Shown piece after piece: positions 29,198 through 38,465 of a stretch of DNA of 64,000 nucleotides. The DNA comes from an uncultured archaeon. GTDB lineage: Archaea; Asgardarchaeota; Heimdallarchaeia; Heimdallarchaeales; Kariarchaeaceae. The stretch is from positions 32,001 to 96,000 of the forward strand of contig CAZYCQ010000001.1 of the NCBI GenBank assembly GCA_964645535.1, in the 5' to 3' direction. Numbering within the stretch: position 1 is the first letter of the stretch; each line of letters begins with the position of its first letter. The translations under genes were made by a program, and so were the position numbers. The notes under the pieces are model-generated. The model did not search any database, was not told the origin of the DNA, and worked only from the letters and a program-made list of their open reading frames with translations.

Positions 29198-32100
29198 ATG
29201 GATTATAGAATAATTACAGTTTTTGTTATAGCGTTAATCGCCATTCCACAGAATGGAGTGGGGAATGTCCCAGTTAATGACAATAATTTAGGAAATTTTC
29301 AGGAATATGATTGGGATCATAACAAGATTGAGGATAGTATTGAAGGTTTTTTTGGTTCAGGTGAATTTCTGGTAAGAACTAATGGTCCTATTGACTGGTA
29401 TGCCTACGGCTATAAATTGAAATATCAGACAGGTGATAGGTCAATCTCATGGATTAAAGGAAAAGGAAACAATCTAAGGATACTTGCACAGAATGAAAAC
29501 GTTGTTTTCATTGAAGGAGTCAAAAAAATCGAACCACATTTGTTTTATTCTTCAAAACAGATTGGAGTAAACCCAGGCATTTGGGATCTTGGATACACAG
29601 GATCGCAGGAAATGTCGGTTGCAGTGCTTGATACAGGAATTGATGCGACACATCCAGCTTTTCAAAACAAACAGATTACATGGGTGGATTTGGCAGGCGT
29701 TTCTCTTTCAGTCGATGGAGATGAATATGCAAATCCTGTTGACAAAGGAGGTCATGGAACCCATGTTGCAGGAATAATTGCCGGTTCCCCAACTTCAAAT
29801 TTGGAAGAAGGGTTTGTCGGTCAAGTTCCTCCTGTATCCTCTTTTCAAATCGTGAAGAGTGTATCTGACCATCAAAACAATATCGTACTGAACTTTACAA
29901 TTGATTGGGGAAATGCAGGAGATGACAATCCGGGGAATCATTTGACAGTCATTGCCACACCAAGTAACAATGTGGGAAATGTTGTTGCATTTTTGGATAC
30001 TGACACAAGTGGGTTGTTCCAAGGTACATTAACTCTAAGTCCTGGAGAGTACCTTATCGGAGTAGCCAATCAGGAGACAAACGGCCCAAATCCGGAAGGA
30101 TTGCCATATTCAATAAAGACTACAATAATAAAGGATTCAAACGAACCAGAGACGGGGTATAAAAATTGGCGAGGGATTGCACCGGATGTTAACCTTGTAG
30201 CGATTAAGGTCTTTGATGATTCCGGGAACGGGAACACAGGATCTTTACTTCAAGGATTAGATTGGATCAAGAACAATTATGACACCTACAACATAACAGT
30301 CGTAAACATGAGTTTGGGAACAGATTCAATTTCATCAGTTATTGATTCTGAAGTTGAGAACCTTGCAAATCTCGGAATACTTGTTGTAGCTTCAGCAGGT
30401 AATGAAGGAGTGAACGCAAACGGAATTGGATCGCCAGGGTCGGCTCCTTTTGCATTGACTGTTGGGGCAGTGAATCGAATGAATGAAATCGCATATTATT
30501 CCAGCAATGGGGATCCGAATGTAAATACAGTGACAAAACCAGATATCTTGGCACCTGGTGGGTCAGCGGCAATTCCAGGTTTGGGAGATGTTTCAGGATA
30601 TACCGCAGGAAACGGTTTGATATTATCGGCAATGCCTTTTGGGCAGACGCCATTCGGGAATGCATTAATTACGGGAAAGCAAGGAACAAGTATGGCAGCA
30701 CCCCATGTCAGTGGTGTTGCAGCCATTCTCTATCAGATTTTGAATGAAAAAGGAGAATTGACGCACAGTATCAATGATGTCAAACGGGTTAAACAAGTTC
30801 TTGAATTATCTGCGTTTGAAGTTGGAAATATTCTTAATGGAGGGGAAAAAATCCAAGGTGGTACACAACAAAATCCACCAATTGATCCAGAAACAAAAGA
30901 TTTTGTGGAAGGATGGGGGGCAATCAATCCTCTTGCAGCAGTTTCTCTTGTTTTGGAAACTGCTTCTCCAAATTCGCCCAAGGCAGATGAATTGAGTTTA
31001 GAAAATTCTTTCATTCAAAATAGTGTTGCCCGAAAAATTACCCTCTCAGGAGGAATATCCTATACATTTTGGTCAACCATTCCCCAAGGAGCAAGTGTGG
31101 ATTTCATACTATATGATGGTAATCCAGATCAATATGGAGATCCTGTTCCATTGGTGCATAGAAATATAGATGCAAGTTTACAAGAGGGAATTCTGAATCT
31201 TCCTGTTTTAATCAACCAATCAGGAGAATACTATTATTCTCTGAAGCTTCGGGATTCTGTGAACGCTATTGACCGGATACACCATGTTGTCCTTGAAGAT
31301 AATTTTGTTCCATTCATTAACCCTCTTTCTCCAGTTCCTGATGGTTATGTCAACCAAACCAATCTAGAAATTCGGTTTGAATCCATGACAAATCAGGTTG
31401 ATGCTTCGATTGACGGGAACAATATCGGCGTGATATCAGATGGATACGTAATTTCTGGGCTTTCACAAGGGGAACATAGTCTCTCTTTAGAAGAAAGAAA
31501 TGAAAATACAGGTACAAAGGCAAATACAACATTCACCTTCACTGTTGATCTCACACTTCCTCAATTAGTTTCAAACCTGACATCCATTACCACTGATCAA
31601 GCATTATTAATTGAATACAATGCAACGGATAACATGGGAATTGACTTTGTAAGGGCAAGAATTGGTAACAGTATTCTTGCACAATCTAATGAGAGTTCAG
31701 GAACACTGACAGTAAATCCACAACATTTGCCTCCAGGAACCTATGATTTGGTGGTTGAAGTGTTTGATCATGCAGGGAACGTTGCAAGGGAAAGTGCACA
31801 AGTCACCTTTGTGCATGATATTTTCATTGAAGGAGAAGATTTGATGGAAGTCGAATTCGCCGATGCGATCACCTTGCGTTGGAATGCAGGATCACAGAAA
31901 CCCTCACAATTCAAAATATTTATTGACGACGTACTTGTTCACGAGGAAAATTGGAATGGAGGAGACATAGTCTATTCATTTTCTCCAGTTTCATTAGGTG
32001 AATACAATATTACTGTAATGGTGATCAATACTGATGGTGATACGGCAACAGCAACCACAATAGTCCAAGTTCAGGATACCACACCCCCAGTCATACATAT

Positions 32101-32722
32101 TTTAGGAGATATGATTTTAGATGCGACAGAGCCTCAGGAACTTAATCTTTCCATAATTGAACCTTTCCCCCACTCAATTCAGATCCGCTATAAAGAACAG
32201 ACAATTCTATTTTTAAGGCCATGGAATGGAAGCATGTTTTTCCAGCCATTAATGATTACTGGAGAACCCAACACATTTGCACAGGTGGATATCGGTGTTG
32301 TAGATACTTCTGGCAACATTGCCAATAAGTCAGAACTCATTCAATGGAAAGATCTTACACCACCTTCAATCCAAGATTTAGAGGACATCACCATAACTGT
32401 GGGTGAAACGAGAGATTTGACATGGACATGGGAAGAAAAATTTGTTGAAAAAGTAACAATGTACAAAAATGCAGAGATAATTTTTGAGACAACGGAATTT
32501 ATTTCTTCAATTGAATTTACAGTTGGCGAGGCCAGTCCAGGAACAGTGGAATACAAGATAGTAATTGAAGATGCAGGGAACAATACAGCAATCAGTACAG
32601 TTAATGTTGCCGTGATCGACATTGTAACCTCAGAAGCCTCAGGTCAAGCCTTCCTATCATTTGAAATCATCTGGTTTGCAGTCCCCATCATCCTTGCAGG
32701 CAGAAAAAGACTTAGGCTTTGA
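29198..32722 (+). CDS. Secreted subtilisin-family (S8) serine protease with Ig-like repeats and C-terminal anchor
   Basis: Triad VLDTG / GHGTHVAG / GTSMAAPHV, oxyanion SAGN, KPDILAPG; Ig-like repeats with D.TPP and D.AGN; tail ending RKRLRL. Confidence 0.93.
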   Translation: MDYRIITVFVIALIAIPQNGVGNVPVNDNNLGNFQEYDWDHNKIEDSIEGFFGSGEFLVRTNGPIDWYAYGYKLKYQTGDRSISWIKGKGNNLRILAQNENVVFIEGVKKIEPHLFYSSKQIGVNPGIWDLGYTGSQEMSVAVLDTGIDATHPAFQNKQITWVDLAGVSLSVDGDEYANPVDKGGHGTHVAGIIAGSPTSNLEEGFVGQVPPVSSFQIVKSVSDHQNNIVLNFTIDWGNAGDDNPGNHLTVIATPSNNVGNVVAFLDTDTSGLFQGTLTLSPGEYLIGVANQETNGPNPEGLPYSIKTTIIKDSNEPETGYKNWRGIAPDVNLVAIKVFDDSGNGNTGSLLQGLDWIKNNYDTYNITVVNMSLGTDSISSVIDSEVENLANLGILVVASAGNEGVNANGIGSPGSAPFALTVGAVNRMNEIAYYSSNGDPNVNTVTKPDILAPGGSAAIPGLGDVSGYTAGNGLILSAMPFGQTPFGNALITGKQGTSMAAPHVSGVAAILYQILNEKGELTHSINDVKRVKQVLELSAFEVGNILNGGEKIQGGTQQNPPIDPETKDFVEGWGAINPLAAVSLVLETASPNSPKADELSLENSFIQNSVARKITLSGGISYTFWSTIPQGASVDFILYDGNPDQYGDPVPLVHRNIDASLQEGILNLPVLINQSGEYYYSLKLRDSVNAIDRIHHVVLEDNFVPFINPLSPVPDGYVNQTNLEIRFESMTNQVDASIDGNNIGVISDGYVISGLSQGEHSLSLEERNENTGTKANTTFTFTVDLTLPQLVSNLTSITTDQALLIEYNATDNMGIDFVRARIGNSILAQSNESSGTLTVNPQHLPPGTYDLVVEVFDHAGNVARESAQVTFVHDIFIEGEDLMEVEFADAITLRWNAGSQKPSQFKIFIDDVLVHEENWNGGDIVYSFSPVSLGEYNITVMVINTDGDTATATTIVQVQDTTPPVIHILGDMILDATEPQELNLSIIEPFPHSIQIRYKEQTILFLRPWNGSMFFQPLMITGEPNTFAQVDIGVVDTSGNIANKSELIQWKDLTPPSIQDLEDITITVGETRDLTWTWEEKFVEKVTMYKNAEIIFETTEFISSIEFTVGEASPGTVEYKIVIEDAGNNTAISTVNVAVIDIVTSEASGQAFLSFEIIWFAVPIILAGRKRLRL

Positions 32723-34475
32723 TCCAAACCTCTGTTTTTCCCTCAAATATTTTGATGATGAACCAACCATCTTCAACCAATGTTTCAAAAAGATCGTCCA
32801 TTTCAAAATATCGATATCTAGGAAGGACTATGTAATTGTACGTCCCTTGATTTAACGCAGTTTTTAGCTCAAGCGTATAAGTCGAATTGACCCAATATAT
32901 GGGAACATCATTATGAAGATAAGTATACGCACCTGTCAGGAACCATCTTTCGACAATGATAAGTCCTTCCAAATCATCTTGTTGTCCTACATAGGAGATA
33001 GCAGCATTGATATCGGAACCGAATTGGAAAACTGGTGTATAATACATGTGAACAAATGATGAGAAAGTGATTGAAAAAATAAAAAGGAAAACTGTTAAAT
33101 TGTAAATTCCTTGGGGATGAAAATTTGGTATTTTTCCTTTTGGAACCTTTTGAAGTTTGGAAAGTACGTTTTCCAAAAATTCCGAAAATAGGAAAATGAA
33201 CATGCTTATAGCAACAAAGTAAATGACATAAATGTTCATCATGAATCTTTCTTCCTTATGGCTTGCAGAATTCCAAAACAACAATCCAGCCCTCCATGGT
33301 GTCTCGTACAACAGCCAACCCAAGAAAATGGAGAGCATTAAACGGACAAATTCCTTGGTAAGGTGGTGAGATGGAAAAAATTGGTCAAATATTTTCCTTC
33401 TTCTGAAATACACATTACCCATGAAAAACAGAAAGGATAGGAGAAGAACAGAAATTAAGCCCAATCCATTTTCTATGACAAGTCTATAGGCATACCAACC
33501 AAACGGAGCAACGCCAAAGGAATCGGAATTTCCTTCAAGAACGTTGAATTTAAACCATTGAACTGGAACAATGCCAAAATCCTGTATTCCTTCATACATG
33601 AAAGCATCAATCGACATTCCCACAATCCATCCTCCAAGGGAAGGGGTCAAAACAACACTAAGATCTTCCAGAAATTGTTCCTTTTTCCCCTCCATAAAGT
33701 CAAAAACTTGGTGCACGACTGCCATGGAAAACAAAATAATTAGGAAATCAATCCTGACGTAGGTTGCAATTCCAAATCCAATGAAATAAACCAATTTTTC
33801 CTTTATAGTTTCATCTTCCGATGCGGCGGAAAGTCGTCTTTCATAAAAAGTCGCAATTGCATATATGAATATGGGGAGAAAAAAGACATTGAAAAGCGGC
33901 CGAGTCGTAATGTAAGCAATTTTCCACCAGATAGCCACAAGGAACCCACTTGTATAACCGATTTTTTTGTCTTGACTGATGACATCTCCCAGTCTTTTGG
34001 TGGCCGGAATTAGCATGAATGAAATGCAAGCCATTGTCAGCCGAATGAGGGGCAATGTGACACTCCAATATGGCAAATGCGAAACCTTGGCAATCCAAAA
34101 TATTGCCGCAAAGAATAGAGGAATAATCCATGATCTTGCTTTTGCATAGGATGGCGTATCAGGATTTGAAAGTTGAAATTCAGGAGGAACAAAACCATAA
34201 CCATAAACAATATAATGACCCATTTCTAGTGATTGAAAAATTTCATCAGGATGATATATCCCCGTTCCAGTTAAAGCATAAAAAATCCTCAAAATCAATC
34301 CTAAAACTACACCAATGTAGTATAATTTTCTGAATACACTGACATCGATTTCATTGATGAAATTTAGGTAGTGCTTTGATCGGTTAGCCATCAAAAAACC
34401 TGACGTAATCATCAATTTATAGCTTTTTTCATTACCCAAGATATCCCATATGAAAATGGGAAAATTTGGTTTCAT
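32712..34475 (-). CDS. GT22 (PIG-B/ALG9/SMP3-like) polytopic mannosyltransferase; true start may be downstream
   Basis: HPDEIFQSLEMGH matches the PIG-B-type PDE..QSLE.AH motif. Also FKFNV...S..FGVAPFGWY and HKEERF (GT22 HKExRF); about 11 TM helices. Confidence 0.8.
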   Translation of the reverse strand: MKPNFPIFIWDILGNEKSYKLMITSGFLMANRSKHYLNFINEIDVSVFRKLYYIGVVLGLILRIFYALTGTGIYHPDEIFQSLEMGHYIVYGYGFVPPEFQLSNPDTPSYAKARSWIIPLFFAAIFWIAKVSHLPYWSVTLPLIRLTMACISFMLIPATKRLGDVISQDKKIGYTSGFLVAIWWKIAYITTRPLFNVFFLPIFIYAIATFYERRLSAASEDETIKEKLVYFIGFGIATYVRIDFLIILFSMAVVHQVFDFMEGKKEQFLEDLSVVLTPSLGGWIVGMSIDAFMYEGIQDFGIVPVQWFKFNVLEGNSDSFGVAPFGWYAYRLVIENGLGLISVLLLSFLFFMGNVYFRRRKIFDQFFPSHHLTKEFVRLMLSIFLGWLLYETPWRAGLLFWNSASHKEERFMMNIYVIYFVAISMFIFLFSEFLENVLSKLQKVPKGKIPNFHPQGIYNLTVFLFIFSITFSSFVHMYYTPVFQFGSDINAAISYVGQQDDLEGLIIVERWFLTGAYTYLHNDVPIYWVNSTYTLELKTALNQGTYNYIVLPRYRYFEMDDLFETLVEDGWFIIKIFEGKTEVWIKA

Positions 34476-35410
34476 CTGAAATAATGAGCTTGGGAAATCA
34501 TGTCATCAATTTTGACAAAGTGAAGACGACCATTTTTTCCGAAATCTCTGATGATTTCATGGGGTTTGTCTGTATGAATGTGCAATTTTGCCAATTCCCC
34601 TTCAGAAGTAAGCATGAAATATGACCCTCTTTCAGAAAAATCTTGCCTGAGCTTGTCTATTGGTGATGAAGTTTTGATCAATGCTTCCGTGCAATATCTG
34701 TTGTCCGTCGATGTTTCAACTTCTTCCAGATCAATATGGCTTTTCAATCCTTCAAGACCAGAAATGATTTCCTCCTGCACCATAACTTTTGAAACATGTT
34801 CTTCAATCGTAAGAGCCCACCCTTGAAGGACATAAACTACACCAAGGGCACCTGAATCTACAACGCCACCATCTTGGAGAACATCCATCATTTCTCTTGT
34901 TTTCAGAGTTGCCTCTTGGCTAACTTCAAAAATTTCGTGGATAAAAGTTGACCAAGAGACGGAATGTAACTTTTGGGCATGATCTGCAATGAAGCGGAAC
35001 ACTGTTAACATGGTTCCCTCCTTAGGATCCATCATTGCGCGGTATGCTTTTTTCTTTCCTGCTTCCAACGCTTTTGCAAAGCTTTCGGGAGTTATGTGTT
35101 CCGATGTATTCAACTCATGGATCCAGCCTCTCAGAAACTGGGATAAAATTGTACCAGAATTGCCTTTGGCACCAATGAATGCACCTTGTGAAATGGCTTC
35201 AGTAATGCCCTCTTTGTCGTCTTTATCAATTTCATTGACCCTTTTGACGATTTCCTTAAGCGTAAGGTACATGTTTATTCCAGTATCTCCATCAGGGACT
35301 GGGAAAACATTAATTGAATCCAGATAATCTTTTTTCTCCTCAAAAATTTCAATGGATTTTTTCATCATCTTCGGGATGATTTCCCATGGCAAATGTTGTC
35401 CATTATCCAC
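34472..35410 (-). CDS. DAK2-domain protein, fatty acid kinase FakA/YloV-like
   Basis: INVFPVPDGDTGINM, GAKGNSGTILSQF, PKEGTMLTV, GVVDSGALG, RYCTE and KLHIHTDKP. Confidence 0.88.
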   Translation of the reverse strand: MDNGQHLPWEIIPKMMKKSIEIFEEKKDYLDSINVFPVPDGDTGINMYLTLKEIVKRVNEIDKDDKEGITEAISQGAFIGAKGNSGTILSQFLRGWIHELNTSEHITPESFAKALEAGKKKAYRAMMDPKEGTMLTVFRFIADHAQKLHSVSWSTFIHEIFEVSQEATLKTREMMDVLQDGGVVDSGALGVVYVLQGWALTIEEHVSKVMVQEEIISGLEGLKSHIDLEEVETSTDNRYCTEALIKTSSPIDKLRQDFSERGSYFMLTSEGELAKLHIHTDKPHEIIRDFGKNGRLHFVKIDDMISQAHYFR

Positions 35411-35468
35411 ATCTTGGAAAAAGATCGAATTATTTTATGGCTTTCCGTTAAGTGAGTGAAAAGAATTG

Positions 35469-36452
35469 TTAGTTGTCATCTTCATTTGTAGAAACAAACT
35501 CTTCTTCTTCGAAAATTTCCTCTCCGTTCTCATTCTTTTCTTTTTCAGAATCATCTTGAGAAGGTTCAACCTCTTCAACAGATTTCTTATTCTCTTCTTC
35601 CAAAGTTTCAAGTTCGTTTATATCGAAAATATCAGACCAATATTCCTTGTAATTTGGATTGATTTCGACTCCAAAGGCAAATCTCCGATAGCGTTGGGCA
35701 ATACGGACAACCTCACCGGTTCCTGCAAAAGGGTCAAAAATGACATCGCGAGGACAGGACCAAAGTGAAAGAGCTCGTTTTACCAAATGCTCAGAGAATT
35801 GTTCATACAAGGTACCATCAATATCCACTTTTGTAAAACCATCAATAGTCCAGACGGAGTTCAGATAATGAGGACGGCGTTTGCCCTTGCATCTTCTGTT
35901 TTTTTCTCCTCGTTTCAGAACAATGAGGTGCGAATGGATCAGAGAGTTTTGGACATTTGGGGCAAGGTGTATCAACTTTGATTGCGATTTTTCCGGAATG
36001 CTGACAATAATAACTTCATCCCAAAGGTTCCATCCAATTTGTCGTGCAATTGATATGAGATCGCCTACCATGGGGTAATAGCCCGTGATATTTTCTTCTT
36101 CGTCAAGTATGGGATCATTTTGAACAGAAAAGATAGCAAAACCGCCTTCTTTTGTTGCTCTAAATAGACCTTTAAAGATTCTACCCATGAATTCCAAATA
36201 CCCTTCATAGTCTTCCCAAAGCAGACGTCGTTCACCATCACGTTTCTCGACATATATTTTGTCTTTTGGTGTTGGTGGTCTTGTCAATGTCAGAGAAAGA
36301 AGATTCGTAGGAATTTTCCTGATAAAAAACTGTGAATCTCGGATATGGATCTTCCCAAGTAGATATTCCTTTTTCAAGGGTCTGATCCGGAATCTTCTTC
36401 TTCTTTTGCCTCGTGTAACACTTTGCTCTGACATCAATCTCCATTTTTCCAA
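35469..36452 (-). CDS. N4/N6 DNA methyltransferase-family protein (beta order) with degenerate catalytic motif
   Basis: SAM-binding IFDPFAGTG and GVEINPNY are present; the motif IV position reads LTLTRPPT instead of TSPPY. Also NSVWTI and an acidic tail. Confidence 0.7.
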   Translation of the reverse strand: MEKWRLMSEQSVTRGKRRRRFRIRPLKKEYLLGKIHIRDSQFFIRKIPTNLLSLTLTRPPTPKDKIYVEKRDGERRLLWEDYEGYLEFMGRIFKGLFRATKEGGFAIFSVQNDPILDEEENITGYYPMVGDLISIARQIGWNLWDEVIIVSIPEKSQSKLIHLAPNVQNSLIHSHLIVLKRGEKNRRCKGKRRPHYLNSVWTIDGFTKVDIDGTLYEQFSEHLVKRALSLWSCPRDVIFDPFAGTGEVVRIAQRYRRFAFGVEINPNYKEYWSDIFDINELETLEEENKKSVEEVEPSQDDSEKEKNENGEEIFEEEEFVSTNEDDN

Positions 36453-36500
36453 TCCTTTTATTAATACATCCGTATGTGTTCGTTCCAGAACCGATTTTAA

Positions 36501-37181
36501 TCAATTATCCCTTGTAGGAATGCTGAAGAACAACCAAGAACCAAAAAATACCAAGATCACAAATGAAACGGTTGAAGTTATTGGATTGAAAATTCTTGGA
36601 AAGAAGGTACCTAAATAAACTACTAGATTGACTATTGCAAGGATACCTGCAACAATGGTAATCCATCTAATACGATCCTCAAAATAATCCTGAAGCAAAC
36701 TTATTAGAGAAGGATCTATCTCTCTTTCTTCCTCAAGAACCATATCGATCCGACTGAAGTAAAATTTCTTGATTGTCAGTTCAGTCAGTTCATGGATGAT
36801 TAGAAACGATAAAGTCAAACTTATGGGCAACAAAATCACATGTTCAAATACAATATGCATAATGAGACCATCAACAATTGAAAAAGAAAGCAATCTACCC
36901 ATGAAAGGATCTTGGAAAAGATTTTTGCTCTTTAAAGCGACAATCAGTCCAAGAGGAAACAAGACCCAAGTGGAAAATCCAAATATCTTTTCGAAAATTG
37001 GAATACTGTCAGGCAATAGGATGATGGCAATGAGGAAATTTAGCATATTTCCGAAAATCTGGAAATAGGAAGAAAGAACAGCCAAGATTTTTGCCCAGCG
37101 GTTTAATTTCATGATAAAACCTTTTTGTTCGAAAATGTTGTCAATCGTTCGAGAAGTTTGAAAAGCACTTAATGAGCTCAT
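36501..37181 (-). CDS. Membrane protein, last gene of the MoxR operon
   Basis: Several TM segments; 4-nt overlap with the DUF58 gene. Confidence 0.6.
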   Translation of the reverse strand: MSSLSAFQTSRTIDNIFEQKGFIMKLNRWAKILAVLSSYFQIFGNMLNFLIAIILLPDSIPIFEKIFGFSTWVLFPLGLIVALKSKNLFQDPFMGRLLSFSIVDGLIMHIVFEHVILLPISLTLSFLIIHELTELTIKKFYFSRIDMVLEEEREIDPSLISLLQDYFEDRIRWITIVAGILAIVNLVVYLGTFFPRIFNPITSTVSFVILVFFGSWLFFSIPTRDN

Positions 37182-38455
37182 TGTTTCACCTCCGAAATTG
37201 CTCGAACACGATCAACATTGTAGGCCAACGAACGATCTAGACCCAAATGCGGATCCCAATTGTACACTCGAACTCCCTTTTTCTTAACCTGATTTTCAGT
37301 CAGTTCCCTCTTCATTTTGACAAGGGTCTTGGCAGTTCGTTCTTCCACAGAATCATGTTCTGATATGGTAAGTTCATTGTAGTTTGGAGAAAATACAGTA
37401 AGTCTACCCATCAGTGAAAGTTTATCAATTAAAATATGGTTAAGAGCCTGATCACGCAGAGGGGAGAACAAGAGAACTTCGTTCTGTGAGCCTGCCTTTT
37501 CTAAAACCGCGTGTAACCGTTGCTTGAACAAGTTCAATTCGGTAATTTTCATAGGCTTGGCAAGAGCCAAATAATGGCTAATTTGCAACAATTTTTTCCT
37601 GTTCGAAGTCGGCGGGAAATAAGCTGCGACATTCGAAACGACCAGAAGACCAGTTCGGCATTGGTTATTTATGAAGAAATCCAAAAGACCCATTACAGTT
37701 TTACTTGTCTCTTCAATCAATGTCTCATTGGCTTGAACCATATCGACAACGATCAAGATTTTTGTGGACTGTTCAATTTGAAATTCATTGGAATGAAGTT
37801 TCCAATATTTGGAGGTCACTTTCCAATTGATCCGTTTCAAGGTATCAGTAGGGACATATTCCCTAATACCTGCGAAATCCCAACCCTCTCCAACTAGTTT
37901 GGTTTGGAAAGGCCCCCCATAAGACCTGAGAAATTGAGCTGTGAATGGCGTTTTTGAAATTTTTGCAGGAACTGGCAAGACGATGATATCAAATGTGGTT
38001 TCCACTTCATAGACACTCGTTCTCAATTCCGAAAAATCATGGGAGAAAACCCGGACAGGACCAATCTTAAAAGAGCCTAGTTTGGGTATTGAAATTCCGT
38101 ACCGAATTTCAAATGTGCTGTTCGGCTCTAATTTAATGAGAAAGTTGTTTGTGCCTTCAATCAACCTGGCATATCGAGGGATGATGTCATAAATATTTCC
38201 TCTGAATGGTTTAGAACCTTTATTTCGAATTGTTAGGGTAATGGGAATTAAGTTTTCATTATGAAAATATTTTTGGGGGATATGTCTTGTGATTTCAAGT
38301 TCAGGTAACTCATGGGATAGAAGGAACTTCAGGAAGACAATTGAGCCAATAGATAGCAAACCCATTAACCAAACAGGATTTCCAGTGATCACGCTTAGAA
38401 TAATGAAGAGTGTTGCAAAACCCCTTGCAGGGATGATTTTTTGGCCGAGTCCCAT
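37178..38455 (-). CDS. DUF58 (VWA-like) MoxR partner
   Basis: GEGWDFAGIREYVPTDTLKRINWKVTSK. Start placed at the ATG of MGLGQK to avoid overlap with moxR. Confidence 0.88.
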   Translation of the reverse strand: MGLGQKIIPARGFATLFIILSVITGNPVWLMGLLSIGSIVFLKFLLSHELPELEITRHIPQKYFHNENLIPITLTIRNKGSKPFRGNIYDIIPRYARLIEGTNNFLIKLEPNSTFEIRYGISIPKLGSFKIGPVRVFSHDFSELRTSVYEVETTFDIIVLPVPAKISKTPFTAQFLRSYGGPFQTKLVGEGWDFAGIREYVPTDTLKRINWKVTSKYWKLHSNEFQIEQSTKILIVVDMVQANETLIEETSKTVMGLLDFFINNQCRTGLLVVSNVAAYFPPTSNRKKLLQISHYLALAKPMKITELNLFKQRLHAVLEKAGSQNEVLLFSPLRDQALNHILIDKLSLMGRLTVFSPNYNELTISEHDSVEERTAKTLVKMKRELTENQVKKKGVRVYNWDPHLGLDRSLAYNVDRVRAISEVKQ

Positions 38456-38465
38456 AAAAATCCAC

